Origin: Fistulifera solaris | Lineage: Eukaryota | Length of the DNA: 64,000 nt | Reading direction: 5' to 3' | Assembly: GCA_030295235.1 (NCBI GenBank) | Contig: AP026130.1 | Span: 620,001 to 684,000 of the forward strand | Shown: one piece after another, positions 1-11,700 of the stretch | How the letters are laid out: the number at the start of each line of letters is the position of its first letter | Numbering within the stretch: the stretch's first letter is position 1 | The notes under the pieces: model-generated | The model's input: the letters and a program-made list of their open reading frames with translations, nothing else | Told to the model about the DNA's origin: nothing | The model's database searches: none | Position numbers and translations under genes: made by a program

Positions 1-338
1 GTACTCCGTAAAGTGCTTATTGTGACAACAAGGAACAAAAACATCACTTTCCAGCTAGAGAGGACTTTACAAGAGTGATTACTAGAGCCCAAAAGACCCA
101 CAATGCTTAACTCGTGACTCGTTGTCCTTGACTGGTCGTGTGTATGTGTGTACGTCGTTGGAAATCACTATCTGTACGTCAACCGATCAACGATTCGCGT
201 CGAACCGGCAAGAAAAGATCGTCCGCGTCGTTGTGCTGTTGCATTGCAATGAAGCAACAATTGTTTCGTCCCTTCGTTTGCAACGTATTTCGTCGCTGTT
301 TAATATTTTCTTAACAATCTATTTAAAATCTCTTTATT

Positions 339-1147
339 ATGAGCCGCGATTCGTAAGTTACTGACTGAAACTGCTGCCTCTCCCTCTTCCTTGACTTTTT
401 GTCCTCAACGTTTTAAATTACAGCAATTATGATCACCACATTGCCATCTTTTCTCCACAAGGTCGCTTGTACCAAATGGAATACTGCTACAAAGCCGCTC
501 AATCCGGTTTAACGGTCGTCGCAGTCCGCGGCAGTGATTCGACCGCGGTCGTCACACAAAAGAAAGTCCCCGATCGACTCATGGAACCGGAATCCGTCAC
601 CCATTTGTTTCAAATAACGGACAAAATAGGATGTTGCGTGACCGGCACCAGTGCTGATGGAAAATCGTACGTCCAACGAGCGCGGTACGAAGCGGGAAAA
701 TGGGCATTTGATCACGGTTATTCGTGTCCGGTCTCCGTTTTGGCCAAGCGCATGGCGGATTTGGCACAGCTGGATACGCAATATGCGGGAATGCGTCCAT
801 TGGCGGTCATTGCCGTCTTCATTGGTGTCGATGATGAAACGGGTCCGACCATATATAAGGTCGATTGTGCTGGACATTATTTGCCGTACTTTGCCACCGC
901 GGCGGGTCCGAAGGAGCAAGAAGCGATGAATTTCCTAGAAAAACGCGTCGACGATATGAAAACAATGGATAGTGACAATGTCGTTCGAACAGCAATCACT
1001 TGTTTGGGGCATGTTTTGGGAAGTGACTTTCGCGGGAGTGAGATTGAAGTAGCTCAGGTTGTCACGAAAAAGGGAAAGGTTCATATGCTGAATGAGGATG
1101 AAATTGAGGCTCATTTGAATGCGATCGCCGATGACGCAGATGCCTAA
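339..1147 (+). CDS. PSMA6: 20S proteasome subunit alpha type-6 (alpha1); exons 339-352 and 424-1147
   Basis: Splicing out GTAAGT...TACAG (353-423) gives MSRDSNYDHHIAIFSPQGRLYQMEY, the proteasome alpha N-terminal signature. The rest has an Ntn-fold pattern (VRGSDSTAVVTQKKVPDRL, YKVDCAG). Confidence 0.95.
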
Positions 1148-1692
1148 TCTACCGATAATAACTTTATTTTACTGTCTCTAGCTTCAGCATTGTGTCAAGT
1201 GAATTCGTCGGAAACAAAAATGACTTTTATTAACGAACATCGTATCCTCTAAGATCAACCTGCAAAACGGATATACAACTCCATGCACAAGCTCAACACG
1301 ATATGGAAAGGAAAAACGATGCTTCCAGTTGCGAGCCACATTCACCAACCAAATCAAAGATCTTCTTTTCGCAAAAAACCCAACAACACAAAAACAACAA
1401 AACATTATTCTTTATCAGGAACACTCGAACACCAATTCAACAATCACAAACTTACCAGAATCGGCGCCCAATCCTCACCATATTTATCTTTCGGCCGACG
1501 GACCAAACCACACTCTCTACTCTGAATCAGATGGCAGCCCCCTTGTTTGTTCACTGCTCCGGCGGTGACCTGACACCTGTGCGGGATCTAGGAAACCCTA
1601 GAGTAATGGATTATGATTCTGTCATAGGATAAGTACGATAAACTCTCAATTTTTATTTTATTTACTCAAAGCTAAAGTTCATTCATCAAGAA

Positions 1693-3380
1693 TTAAAGTG
1701 ACTCAATAGAAGGCAATCCAGTTCTCTTTCGGAGACGCTCCGCTACCAAGAAAGCCAATTCCAAGGCTTGCTTGCCATTGAGGCGGGGATCGCAGTACGT
1801 GTTGTAGCGGTCGCTCAATGACTGCTCCGTGACACCACTCACACCACCCGTGCACTCGGTGACATCTTCACCGGTCATTTCCAAATGAACACCTCCGGGG
1901 TGGCTGCCCATCTCATCGTGAACATCAAAAAATGCACGAAGTTCGGCTCGGATGGCTTCGAAACTTCGGGTCTTGATGCCGTCTTCCGTTTTGTACGTGT
2001 TTCCGTGCACCGGGTCCGAAATCCACAAAACTGACTTTCCTTCACGCTGCACGGCGCGGATCAATCCCGGAAGATTCTTCCGCAACTTGTCGGCACCCAT
2101 TCGTACGATGATGGTCAAACGTCCGGGAATATTTTGCGGGTTCATTGTTTCAATGATGCGGATGAGCTCTTCCGGACTGCATTTGTCGCTGATCTTCACA
2201 CCGAGCGGATTGCCAATACCGCGGACAAACTCCAAGTGCGCACCGTCGAGTTCGCGCGTACGCTCTCCGACCCAGAGCATGTGTCCCGAGCAATCATACC
2301 AGCGTCCGGTCGTCGAATCTTGTCGTGTCAAAGCCTGTTCGTACGGCAACAATAAGCATTCGTGTGCGGTGTAGAAATCGGTTTTGGTGAAAATAGGCGA
2401 ACTGGTGTCAACACCGATAGCTTTCATGAAACGCAGAGATTCGTCGACCTTGGTCGCAAACTGACGGTAGCTAGAATCGGAACCGCGATGAGGATCAACT
2501 AAAAATACACCAGCAAACAGTCACAACCAGACAACTTACCGACTACCTTCTTCGGTTTCTTCCACAAAATCCAAATTCCACGCATGCAAACGACTCATAT
2601 CGGCATAACCTCCCGTCGAAAAGGCCCGCAATATGTTGAGCGTCTGTGCCGACTGATGGTACGCCGCAATCATGTTGGCTGGATTGTGACGACGCGCTTC
2701 GGGATGAAATTCTTCCGTATTGATAATGTCACCACGGTACGACGGCAACGCCACACCATCCCGGACTTCATCGGGTTCACTGCGCGGTTTGGCAAACTGC
2801 CCCGCCATCCGACCCACTTTGATAATGGGCATGGCCGCACCGAACGTCAAGACCAAGGACATTTGTAACATGACCCGAAACGTATCACGGACATGATCTA
2901 CGTTGAATTCATTAAAGGCTTCCGCACAATCCCCACCCATGAGCAAAAACCCTTGACCACTGCACGCACGGGCCAAGGATTCGTGCAGCGAACGGACTTC
3001 ACCGGCAAACACCAAGGGTGAACATTTTTTCAGTGTATTCACGGCGCGATCGAGTTCCTCGGGGTCCTCATAATTGGGACCTTGTGAGACTTTTTTGGTT
3101 TTCCAAGATTCCGGCGACCAATCGGCGGTGGGTGCGCCCGGCTTGGAAGGAGGCGACGTTGCCACCATGGACAATCTGGAAGCAGGTCTGCGCAAATTAA
3201 AAAGGTTTCGTTCATTTAGATCATTGTAAATATCACATGATTTTCAGCGTCAAATGCAACGAGATGTGTGAAAATGAAAACAAGGTATAGAATGCTTTTC
3301 CGATGGGCGTACCTGCTGGTCGACGGATGCACAAAGGCATGAGCCGATGAAAGAGCGATCAGTCCCAAGGAAAGTTTCAT
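1693..3380 (-). CDS. Class II DAHP synthase (phospho-2-dehydro-3-deoxyheptonate aldolase), plastid-targeted; 3 exons (introns ~3188-3312 and ~2471-2539)
   Basis: Motifs [48 protein letters not shown] and CDPRLN. N-terminus [17 protein letters not shown] is a diatom bipartite plastid presequence. Both introns are GT-AG. Confidence 0.95.
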
Positions 3381-3900
3381 TCTACTTTTATTCTAAAAAA
3401 GGAATGTTGAATGATGATACTAGATTGAAAATAGATCGAATCCTTTTTAGTTATACATTCAGCTGTTTGTTTTGTTGCAGCTGTGTTGATTTCGCCGACT
3501 GCAACAAAAGCCGTCGCCCATCGGGAGAAGGCGAAGAAGATTTTGCATGGTTCTCCGGCACTGGATCGTCTCTTCTACTATTAAGTGCATAGTACATCGA
3601 AGGTACTGCACGACTGGCGGGTAGACGGTTGGACGAGGTCGAGCTGTATGAATCATAAATGCTACGTCATCCAACTGGGATTGAAGTTGTGGTCGAGCAA
3701 CGCCTTGAAATTTGAAATTCCAAATTCCCTCCATCGTCGAACCGTTAGAATGTCCGCGACGATCGAGAAAAAACCGTCACAATGATGTTGCTCCGCCTTG
3801 CGACCGTTTGGTTGTTGAATTATTATATCGTACAAACCATCACGCATTATTCTTTTGATATCACTAGACTCATTCATCTACTATAGCCGACGAAGCATTC

Positions 3901-4506
3901 ATGTGTTCCGACTTGACAACAGCATCACAGGCGTGTGCACTGTTTTCCGCCACCGGTATATTATTCATGGTAAGACGGAATGCGATGATAAACGACCGTT
4001 TGGTGCGCTGGTAAACAAACCTATACTGCTCGAATGCAGGCATGCTTGGAAGAGAATCCTCTGGATGTTCTTGGTTTAGCATGAAGCTCATCGAACGGGG
4101 GTCTCTTGAAAGAGGCGACGCGTCTTTTGCCACGACTCGAGACGACGGTTTTATGGTGTACCGTCGTTTCTTTGCCCAATTCTTCCAATTTTGTTCTTCT
4201 TACACTATAATATTCTCTTTCATGCTCTCTTGAATGTAGTCATGGATCGGGATTCTTCTCATGAAACAACCACTTTACATTTTGGGTGTCGAAGACTTGG
4301 AGCAGGCCAAAAGCAGTGCGTTTGGGGCCGCGGGGACGTTCTTTTTTACCTTTGTCGTGAGTATTGTGTATTTGATTCGAGATTCGAAACACGAGGTAAA
4401 CTTCTCGGCGGTAACAACAAGGCGTATGGGCAGTGGTTATGGTCAAGTTCCGCTGTCGGAAATGGACTTGGATGAGCCCGATGAGTTTGTGGGGACGTTG
4501 TCATAG
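3901..4506 (+). CDS. Small two-TM membrane protein, RNASEK / V-ATPase subunit f-like; exons 3901-3969 and 4240-4506
   Basis: Splicing GTAAGA...TGTAG (3970-4239) gives MCSDLTTASQACALFSATGILFMSWIGILLMKQPLYILGVEDLEQAKSSAFGAAGTFFFTFVVSIVYL... (111 aa). The size and hairpin topology (two hydrophobic helices, C-x-x-F-S-x-x-G start of TM1) resemble RNASEK; the family call is inference. Confidence 0.65.
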
Positions 4507-4711
4507 AACCGCGGAACGAGATACCTGCGGGTGCAATGGGGGTCTTAACCGTCGTTCATTGATTGTACAATAGCCAATATGAATAGAACTTTTTCACACA
4601 TAGGACACGCACTGATGAAGACATCAGCTCAAGCGCGATGATTCCACATCGAGACGAATTATAGAGGGCTTGCACGGTACGGTTTAACATTGCAAGTTAG
4701 CAGCGAACACG

Positions 4712-5389
4712 TTATAAATCTGTTACATACAAATTAGCTTCCGAGATGTCTGTAAACAGTCCCCATTGCTGATCCCATGTCAAACCCCCCGTAGCAACCT
4801 CAAGCACAAATTGTGTCAGAAGCGCCAACATGGCCAGTCGCCCATTCTCTAACTCAATGCGGAGCTTCCATTCGTTTCGACCTTTATCCCTTCGACCAAA
4901 GTAACCAGTCCCATAATCTCCAGGCATATCTTTGGGGTCTTTTTGTGTGAAAATGAATATTTCCAGGACACCGCACGTCACTACTACTTTCAGGAAATCG
5001 GATAAACTTAAGGCTCGTATTCGGGAAAGCATGTCGCCATAATAGAGCGATCGACCATTGTTCGTTGGATCCATGTTCCAAGCCAGCGGGCTGAAGGGCA
5101 AGAGTATTCGTTCCGTCATGGCCAGCATGGCGATTCGACCGTGTTTCAGCTCGGCTTCGCGCAATCGCGGAAAGTTTGTATCCGATGCAATACCAAGAGG
5201 ATCAAAATAGACGAGCTTGTCTTTCTGGTAATTCTCAATTCCTTGCATCAAAATGGTGAGAGTAGGACTGCAGCCCAATTCTTCCGACAAGGAGGGAGGC
5301 CGAAAGGCGTGTGCTACGGAAAAGTTGCACTGTATCATCCACAAAAATGATAGAATGACTGGGATATATGGGACTGCTTTATTCATCAT
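4712..5389 (-). CDS. Divergent light-harvesting complex (LHC/FCP superfamily) protein
   Basis: FDPLG, EAELKHGRIAMLA and ELENGRLAMLA chlorophyll-binding motifs. Signal peptide ends AHA-F. Confidence 0.9.
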   Translation of the reverse strand: MMNKAVPYIPVILSFLWMIQCNFSVAHAFRPPSLSEELGCSPTLTILMQGIENYQKDKLVYFDPLGIASDTNFPRLREAELKHGRIAMLAMTERILLPFSPLAWNMDPTNNGRSLYYGDMLSRIRALSLSDFLKVVVTCGVLEIFIFTQKDPKDMPGDYGTGYFGRRDKGRNEWKLRIELENGRLAMLALLTQFVLEVATGGLTWDQQWGLFTDISEANLYVTDL

Positions 5390-5923
5390 CTTGGGAAGGA
5401 GCTAAAGTTGCTCAATGAAGTATTACAATATCCGCAGCTATGCTATCATTCGCAGCGGACGGAATGTTTTTGTGTCATTTGTCATGAAAAAAAAAAAAAA
5501 TTTGACTTCATCTCGTTACCGGTAAGACAAGTCATCTTCCAGTTTGACGTCATCGGTCATGAGTACAAACAGTATCAATCAAATCCACGTCAGACAAAGG
5601 GCTTAGGGCCGCTTCCACATTCCAGCTCTATAGTGCAAGGGTCATTCAAGTTCTGATCTTAAAGCGGAAGTTTGATTTCCATGAAAAGATCAAGGATCCT
5701 TGTACACTTTTAGAGAGACTCAAGTGCCGATCGAGTTCTTTGAAGGGGGAGATCGAGACGACGGAAGACTTTTTGATCTTCGGCATCTCAGACATTCTCG
5801 ATAACACGATGTTTGTCAACAACATCCATTCTCATTCAAGCCTATTGCTTCTGTTTGTATGCCCAGGGGCCAACACGTTCTTTTGTATCTGTTTTGATTG
5901 TTGTTGGAGCAAGTTTTTACATA

Positions 5924-7132
5924 ATGAGCGCACCCAGGACTTACCCGCAACCTCCTGTTACAAACTTCACACAATTCGATGAAGATTACGAGGATTCGAG
6001 TGATTATGACAGTGATGAAGACGACTATTCGGATGACTACGAGTCGGAAGAAGAAAACCGACAAGTAGCAGTCGCACCACCGCCGCCGCCGGCTCCTGTC
6101 ATCGCACCAGCAGCTCCGTTACCTCAGCCAGTTCCTGTCCTCCAAGAAACAGCCCCTCCTCCCATCACGGTCACCGACAATCACGCGACAGGTAATCACT
6201 CTGAAAATCATGACATGACCGAGTATTCCAACTACGATGCGCCTCATATTGTTCCAGTCTCCCCCAAGAATGTAAAAAGTGAACAAAACACCGTTGAGAC
6301 TCTTCCAGTGGAGGCACCCGCAGTTGCTTCCCCAACAGCAGACGCGGCACACAGTGTTCCTTCCGCCTTGATGAGCACACCGTATGCTCGTGGGTTGCAA
6401 GTAGCTGTTGCACTAGCATTGCATGCTGGCAAGAACCTCAAGGCCGGCGGTGAAGATGAGCGCCATATCGTGGAGGGTCTCGCGAAAGCCTTTCCTCAAC
6501 ACCGCGTGATCGGGAAAGAAGCGGTGGGCAAATCGATGGTGCCCATGTTAACGCAAGTGTACCCGACCTGGTTTGTCGATGCTTCGAACGGTGCCGGCCC
6601 TCTTCGTAGCCCCATGGCCTGCGTGAGCATCGGCATGTGCCTCAAAGGCCAGCCCGTCATCGGTATTGTCTTCAATCCATTCACCGACGAGCTTTTCCTG
6701 GCGGCCGATGGCTTCGGCGCCTTTTTGAATGGAGAAAAGATCCGCGTCAGCCAATCGGCATTGGGTTTGGCTGCTGCGGTGATCGGATACGAGTTTGGAA
6801 AGGGCAAAGAAAAGTACAAAATGCTCAATGCCGTCGGCCGCATCATGGAACACGGCTGTGCGGCCACTCGCTCACTGGGTTCCGTACCCATGAATCTGTG
6901 CTACGTGGCGAGTGGTCGCATGCACGGAACCTACGCCGGGATCGTTCCCAGTGAAGGGTGGAAGCCGTGGGACTTTTGCGCCGGACTAGTTATCGCCAAA
7001 GAAGCCGGGTGTCACGTTAGTGCCATTCGTAACTATGGAAACAAGGAAGAGTACGATATGTACTGCGGCTCAATTATTTGCGCCGTGAATGCATCGCTCG
7101 TCTCGGAGATTCAGCATTGTGTCTCTCAGTGA
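5924..7132 (+). CDS. Inositol monophosphatase-like protein with degenerate catalytic motifs and an acidic/Pro-rich N-terminal extension
   Basis: The C-terminal half matches the IMPase fold (CVSIG, GAFLNG, RSLGS, WKPWDFCAG). GEE is replaced by GKE, and WIIDPIDGTTNF by WFVDASNGAGPL. First ATG is at 5924. Confidence 0.8.
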   Translation: MSAPRTYPQPPVTNFTQFDEDYEDSSDYDSDEDDYSDDYESEEENRQVAVAPPPPPAPVIAPAAPLPQPVPVLQETAPPPITVTDNHATGNHSENHDMTEYSNYDAPHIVPVSPKNVKSEQNTVETLPVEAPAVASPTADAAHSVPSALMSTPYARGLQVAVALALHAGKNLKAGGEDERHIVEGLAKAFPQHRVIGKEAVGKSMVPMLTQVYPTWFVDASNGAGPLRSPMACVSIGMCLKGQPVIGIVFNPFTDELFLAADGFGAFLNGEKIRVSQSALGLAAAVIGYEFGKGKEKYKMLNAVGRIMEHGCAATRSLGSVPMNLCYVASGRMHGTYAGIVPSEGWKPWDFCAGLVIAKEAGCHVSAIRNYGNKEEYDMYCGSIICAVNASLVSEIQHCVSQ

Positions 7133-7512
7133 TGAGATTACACAACAAGGGAAATATATCTGTTTATTGCTTTTATTCTTTAAAATAAAAACTAACTAGC
7201 CGTCTGCTATACATCATGGGCGTTTCTATCTGATTCTGGTCACCTCTATGCATAGCCAACGATCCAGGTTAAATGTTAAAAATTTAAACGAAAACAATAA
7301 CGTAGACTAATGTTGTTAACAGAATACCTGGAAGGTCGTGTAGTTTCGATTCGTGACTGTAGAGTCGTGTGACTGGTGTGGCGCAGCAAAAATGAAACAC
7401 GCCCAATTTTTGCGGAAGGGCGAGCTTTTTATTTGGTGTGAAAGCTTATAATCATACGGAGTATTTTTATCTCGTAAAGTAGAGTTTTAATAACATTGCA
7501 AATCGTACGGAA

Positions 7513-8559
7513 ATGAAGAATAGCAGAGAAACAAGCGCGTGGTTGCTTCCGATGGTCGGCGTCGGTGTTGGGATGTATATTGTCGACAGGATGATGATTC
7601 GAAGGAAACAAAATCCAAAATACGAGATTCCTGCCGAGATTCGCCAGTCACCTTTGGCTTGTGAAGCGCAGGTGGCTGTGACTTTGGCATTGAAAGCGGG
7701 ACGGAACATGGTTTCTTACTGTGACGAGAAAGGAACCGAGGCGGAACTTAATCACAATCTCGGCATTTCCGAAAAGGGGCAACCCGAAGACTTTTGTACG
7801 GTTATTGACGTGGAGAATGAACGACTCGTCATGCACGGTCTTCTGGAAGCCTTCCCAACGCACAAACTAATTGGAGAAGAAACTACAGGGACGGAAGACA
7901 TTCCTCCGCTATCCAAAGAACATCCGACCTGGATCATTGACCCGATTGATGGTACCACCAATTTCGTCTCGGGACTGCCGTTGACCTGTGTCAGTATTGG
8001 CTTGTGTGTGGAGGGAAAGCCCGTATTAGGAGTGGTGTATGCACCCATGACCGATGAACTGTATATAGCTGTATCCGGGCATGGTGCCTACCGAAACGGA
8101 GTTCGATTGCGAAAGCAACAACCAGTGAAACGAATGGTCGACGCTGTCGTTGGATTTGAGTTTGGATACGCGCGAGGGAAGGAAAAAAGTGATAAAATGC
8201 TGGCGGCACTGGGAAGGATCATGGAAAACGGTTGCCGGACCACGCGGTCGTTGGGGTCGGGTGTTCTCGATCTTGTCTACGTTGCGACAGGAAGACTGGT
8301 ACGTTTTGATTGACGGAACTCAGGTTTTGCTACGCTTTCTCACAGTCGTCGCGTTACAGGACGTTATTTATTCAGGTATAACGACAGAAGGCTGGAAGCC
8401 ATGGGACTACTGTGCGGGAGTAATTATTGCTAGAGAAACGGGCTGCGTCGTGGAAGCGATTGATCAAACGAGTGGGGCCGACTTTGATTTGTATTCAAAA
8501 GTATTATCTGTGCAGGCAGCGAAGCACTTCTCCAGGAAACGCGTGCACTCATAAGCTAA
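7513..8559 (+). CDS. Inositol monophosphatase; intron 8299-8359; probable 1-nt deletion at 8497-8500
   Basis: Canonical IGEE, WIIDPIDGTTNF and WKPWDYCAG motifs. Adding one A restores ...YSKSIICAGSEALLQETRALIS*, which aligns with the neighbouring paralogue's C-terminus. Confidence 0.9.
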
Positions 8560-8650
8560 ATAGTTAACATAAGTTAATAAAAATCTTTGTTTCTAGTCTA
8601 TTAGAATGCAAAATAGGGAAATGTTTTATTGCAAATCTGGTTTTCCGAGC

Positions 8651-11600
8651 TTATGAAAGAAAATTTGCTCGCGCACGCTTCTTGGGACTCGTCAATTTGT
8701 GGCTTTTGAAACCGGGCGTTGATGAATTGTTGCTTCTTCCGCGCATGGCCTGTTCCTCTGCGTAGAACGCATCCTCCGATGCAGCGACAGGTTGATACGC
8801 AATGGACGATTGGGCAGAAAGTACGTTCCCCTGAACATAGTGATAACAGGTGATGGCTGCGCTCCATAATGTTAGCACGACCAAAATCATGGTGCTGATG
8901 ATAGTAGATATTCGAAGAATGATATAAAGCGTCGCCATGTGCGGGCTCTGAGGTCCAAACATGTTAATTTGATCATCAATAGTTGTGCTGATCGTCCAAG
9001 CAAGCACCAGAATGTCGTCATAGGGACGAAAGTTGTCGCTAAGGAGTGGGGCGAAGACGGTGTCAATATTCGAGTCGGTAAGCGTTCGCTTAATTTCCTC
9101 CGCAAATTGTACCATGAACTCGTCATCGCGAAGAATCTGCTTGATTTGCAAAGCAAGCTTTGCAGCAGCAAATGTGGCGTCAGGATCGCAATTGACATTC
9201 GTGGGATTTCTTGCTGTATGGTGAAGAGGTTTCGTTAAATATTCGAGGTCAGATTGTGATTGCGTTGCTTCTGCGAAAACGGCTATCTCGGCAACAATCC
9301 GAAATCCGGCTACTTCTACTTCTGTCTGCTTTGCTTTGCGTTCCAGATCATTGTCGTCGTCGTACCAAGGAAGAGCTGTAAGAACGTTTATATCGCCTTC
9401 TTCAAATAGAATTGATCCAGTTTTATTCCTCATGACGGCGACTAGGATTTTCGAAAACATTTCCTGAGATTCTTCAGTCCAAGTTGATAGTGTAGCTCCT
9501 CGAATACCAACAACAGTGTGAACAACGTAAGGCACGCGACAAGAGTCAAATTCGGCACACGCATGGATGTGACAATTCCTCGTCTCGCGATCAACTTCAT
9601 GACAGGTTCCATCAGAAAAAGCGACGGCTTTGATCCGAGCTTGTTTACAATTTACATCACAAGCACCCCATGAACTGTCTCCGCAACGGTATTGTGACTG
9701 TCTCTCTTCGGGTAAAGGTTTGACTTCCATGGCTCGAGCCAGTTCAGCACAGGTAAGCTGACATGGTCGTTCCTCTTCACAGACGCCCTCTCCCAGGCAC
9801 CTTACTACAGGGTGGTCGCGGGGGTCACTATGACTTAGAGCAGCCGCGGCTCGATTACATGTCACAGATTCCTGATTTTCTGCAGCGAAACCGGAATGTT
9901 CCACAACAGAAGTCCACCGCTCAGTTCCAAGCAAAGCGATACTGGTCAAATTGTTTTCACACAACTCCTTGTCGACGGACTCTAAACAAGGTCGAGTAAG
10001 AACAGGGTCACTAACCACGCAGTCACCCGAATGCTCAACATCACGGGAAGCTTCGGGGGCATACTTTTGTCGTATGTGCAGGATGATTCCGCAAAACCAA
10101 CCCTTCCGTTTTCCCAATCGAAGACAACATTGTGACCTTGCATTGCGTTCGATCCTAATACAGATCCTGCACTCTCCGTAAAGTACAGCCTGCTCATGTA
10201 TCTTCCGGTGATCGGAGAGAAATCCATGTAACTTGTTGCTGGAATAGCTAAAAGCAAATCATTCGGTGACGACGGGTCCAAACTTCCCGTGTATCCCGGT
10301 ATGCCGTCATAGTTTTCGATTGAAGGGTCTTTGGCTGCAGAGAATGCCTGGCATTGAATCAGAATCGTTGGAAGCATATTGAGCTGTTCTTTCGTAAGCG
10401 TTATCGGCATATTCGAATACGAACTCCCGGTAATTTTTATCCAGGCCTTGTTGAATTCTTTGGCTACTTGTTGATTGAGATAAGTGTCCGTAGTACCCGA
10501 ATCGACAATCACGCCTTTTCCACTGTTAAAAGCCGCTACATCCATCCTCACTTTCACAATTTTCTGCGAGCCACTGGATAGCGTCGAAGATCCTCCTCCG
10601 GAGCGAATGTATATATTCTTCACATACACGGTGAACCATCCGAACTTGACGATATTTTGCGCATAAATAACAGGGCCGCTGTCCAACGACGTGGAAACGC
10701 CACCGAGAGTCATAGATCCAGCATGAACACCTCGTTTACTCGTTCCCAGTTCACGACGGTAGCACAACGCAAACATGTTGTGTTCCAGTTTACCCTTATC
10801 AAACATTTGTTTTGGTAGAGTTGCCGGGTGCGCCGACATGCCGATAATGCCATCGGCCAATTGTGTCACGAACAATCCGGACATGGTCGTTTGACAACCA
10901 AACATGAAATCAATGGCGTATCGTTCGTGCCGAGCATCCGCCGCATCGAGAGCATCGGAACCACTGCAAAATACACGATCTCGTACTTGAATGGCTTCCC
11001 AGGTACTACCTTCCGTGTACGCCTGCTCAAACAAGCAGACATCTTTTTGACAAATAATGCCATCCCGACATTCATCGCATTGCAATCGATGAAAGGTTTT
11101 GCTTTTTCGGGGATCAAAATAGGGATCGGTATGAAAGGAATCACCACAATTTTGGCAGCCGACACAGGGAAAGGCCATGTAATGAGAGCCGGTATCGACG
11201 ATCAGTGTTTTGCGTTGCGGATGCGGGGATCCGATCCAAAGATTCGCATAATGTGTACCGTATCCTTGACTCAAGGGGACCGCTTGATAATGCTGAAACG
11301 AGGGCGCACGCTTCGGCAGTAGCCATCGATGGTGAGAAGCATTCGTCCCGTCATACGTGCCGTCCCAATCGAGTTGCAAATCCATGCCGTTTTGTTGACG
11401 ATACTGTATTTCATAACGACTGAGATGCCGATGTCGATGAAAGTGTTGCAGGTCGTCATCTTCCGCGTGTTGGGGATCATCGGGATCCGGGATGGTCGCA
11501 TACACGGCGGGTCTTTGCCTCCAGGAAATGGGAAACGTTGCATTGTTGTCCAGCAGATGCCGCCGTTGATACAACAACGCTCCGGCAGGTTGTAAATCAA

Positions 11601-11700
11601 ATGTAATTGGCATGGGCTTCGAAAGGTAAGCAGCAGCGAAGGATGATTGCATAAGAAGTTCGCAGAAACGAATGATGAGAATGACAGCGATGGGGTCCAT
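8651..11700 (-). CDS. Plasmepsin-V-like A1 aspartyl protease with signal peptide, Cys-rich C-terminal extension and TM anchor; frameshift at ~10065-10068
   Basis: Catalytic DTGS and DSGT motifs, Cys-rich insert FPCVGCQNCG, FGCQ, DGIIGM, VLGSNAMQGHNVVFD. The two ORFs (9982-11700, 8651-10117) join as ...CTYDKKYAPEASRD with one extra A. A hydrophobic TM lies near the C-terminus. Confidence 0.85.

Noticed and set aside
1555..1577. Minus-strand TGTCAGGTCACCGCCGGAGCAG resembles the SRP RNA helix-8 flanks
   Set aside because: There is no GNRA tetraloop or apical stem, and no recognisable Alu domain.
5487..5500. A14 run
   Set aside because: No target-site duplication or upstream SINE/retrocopy body.
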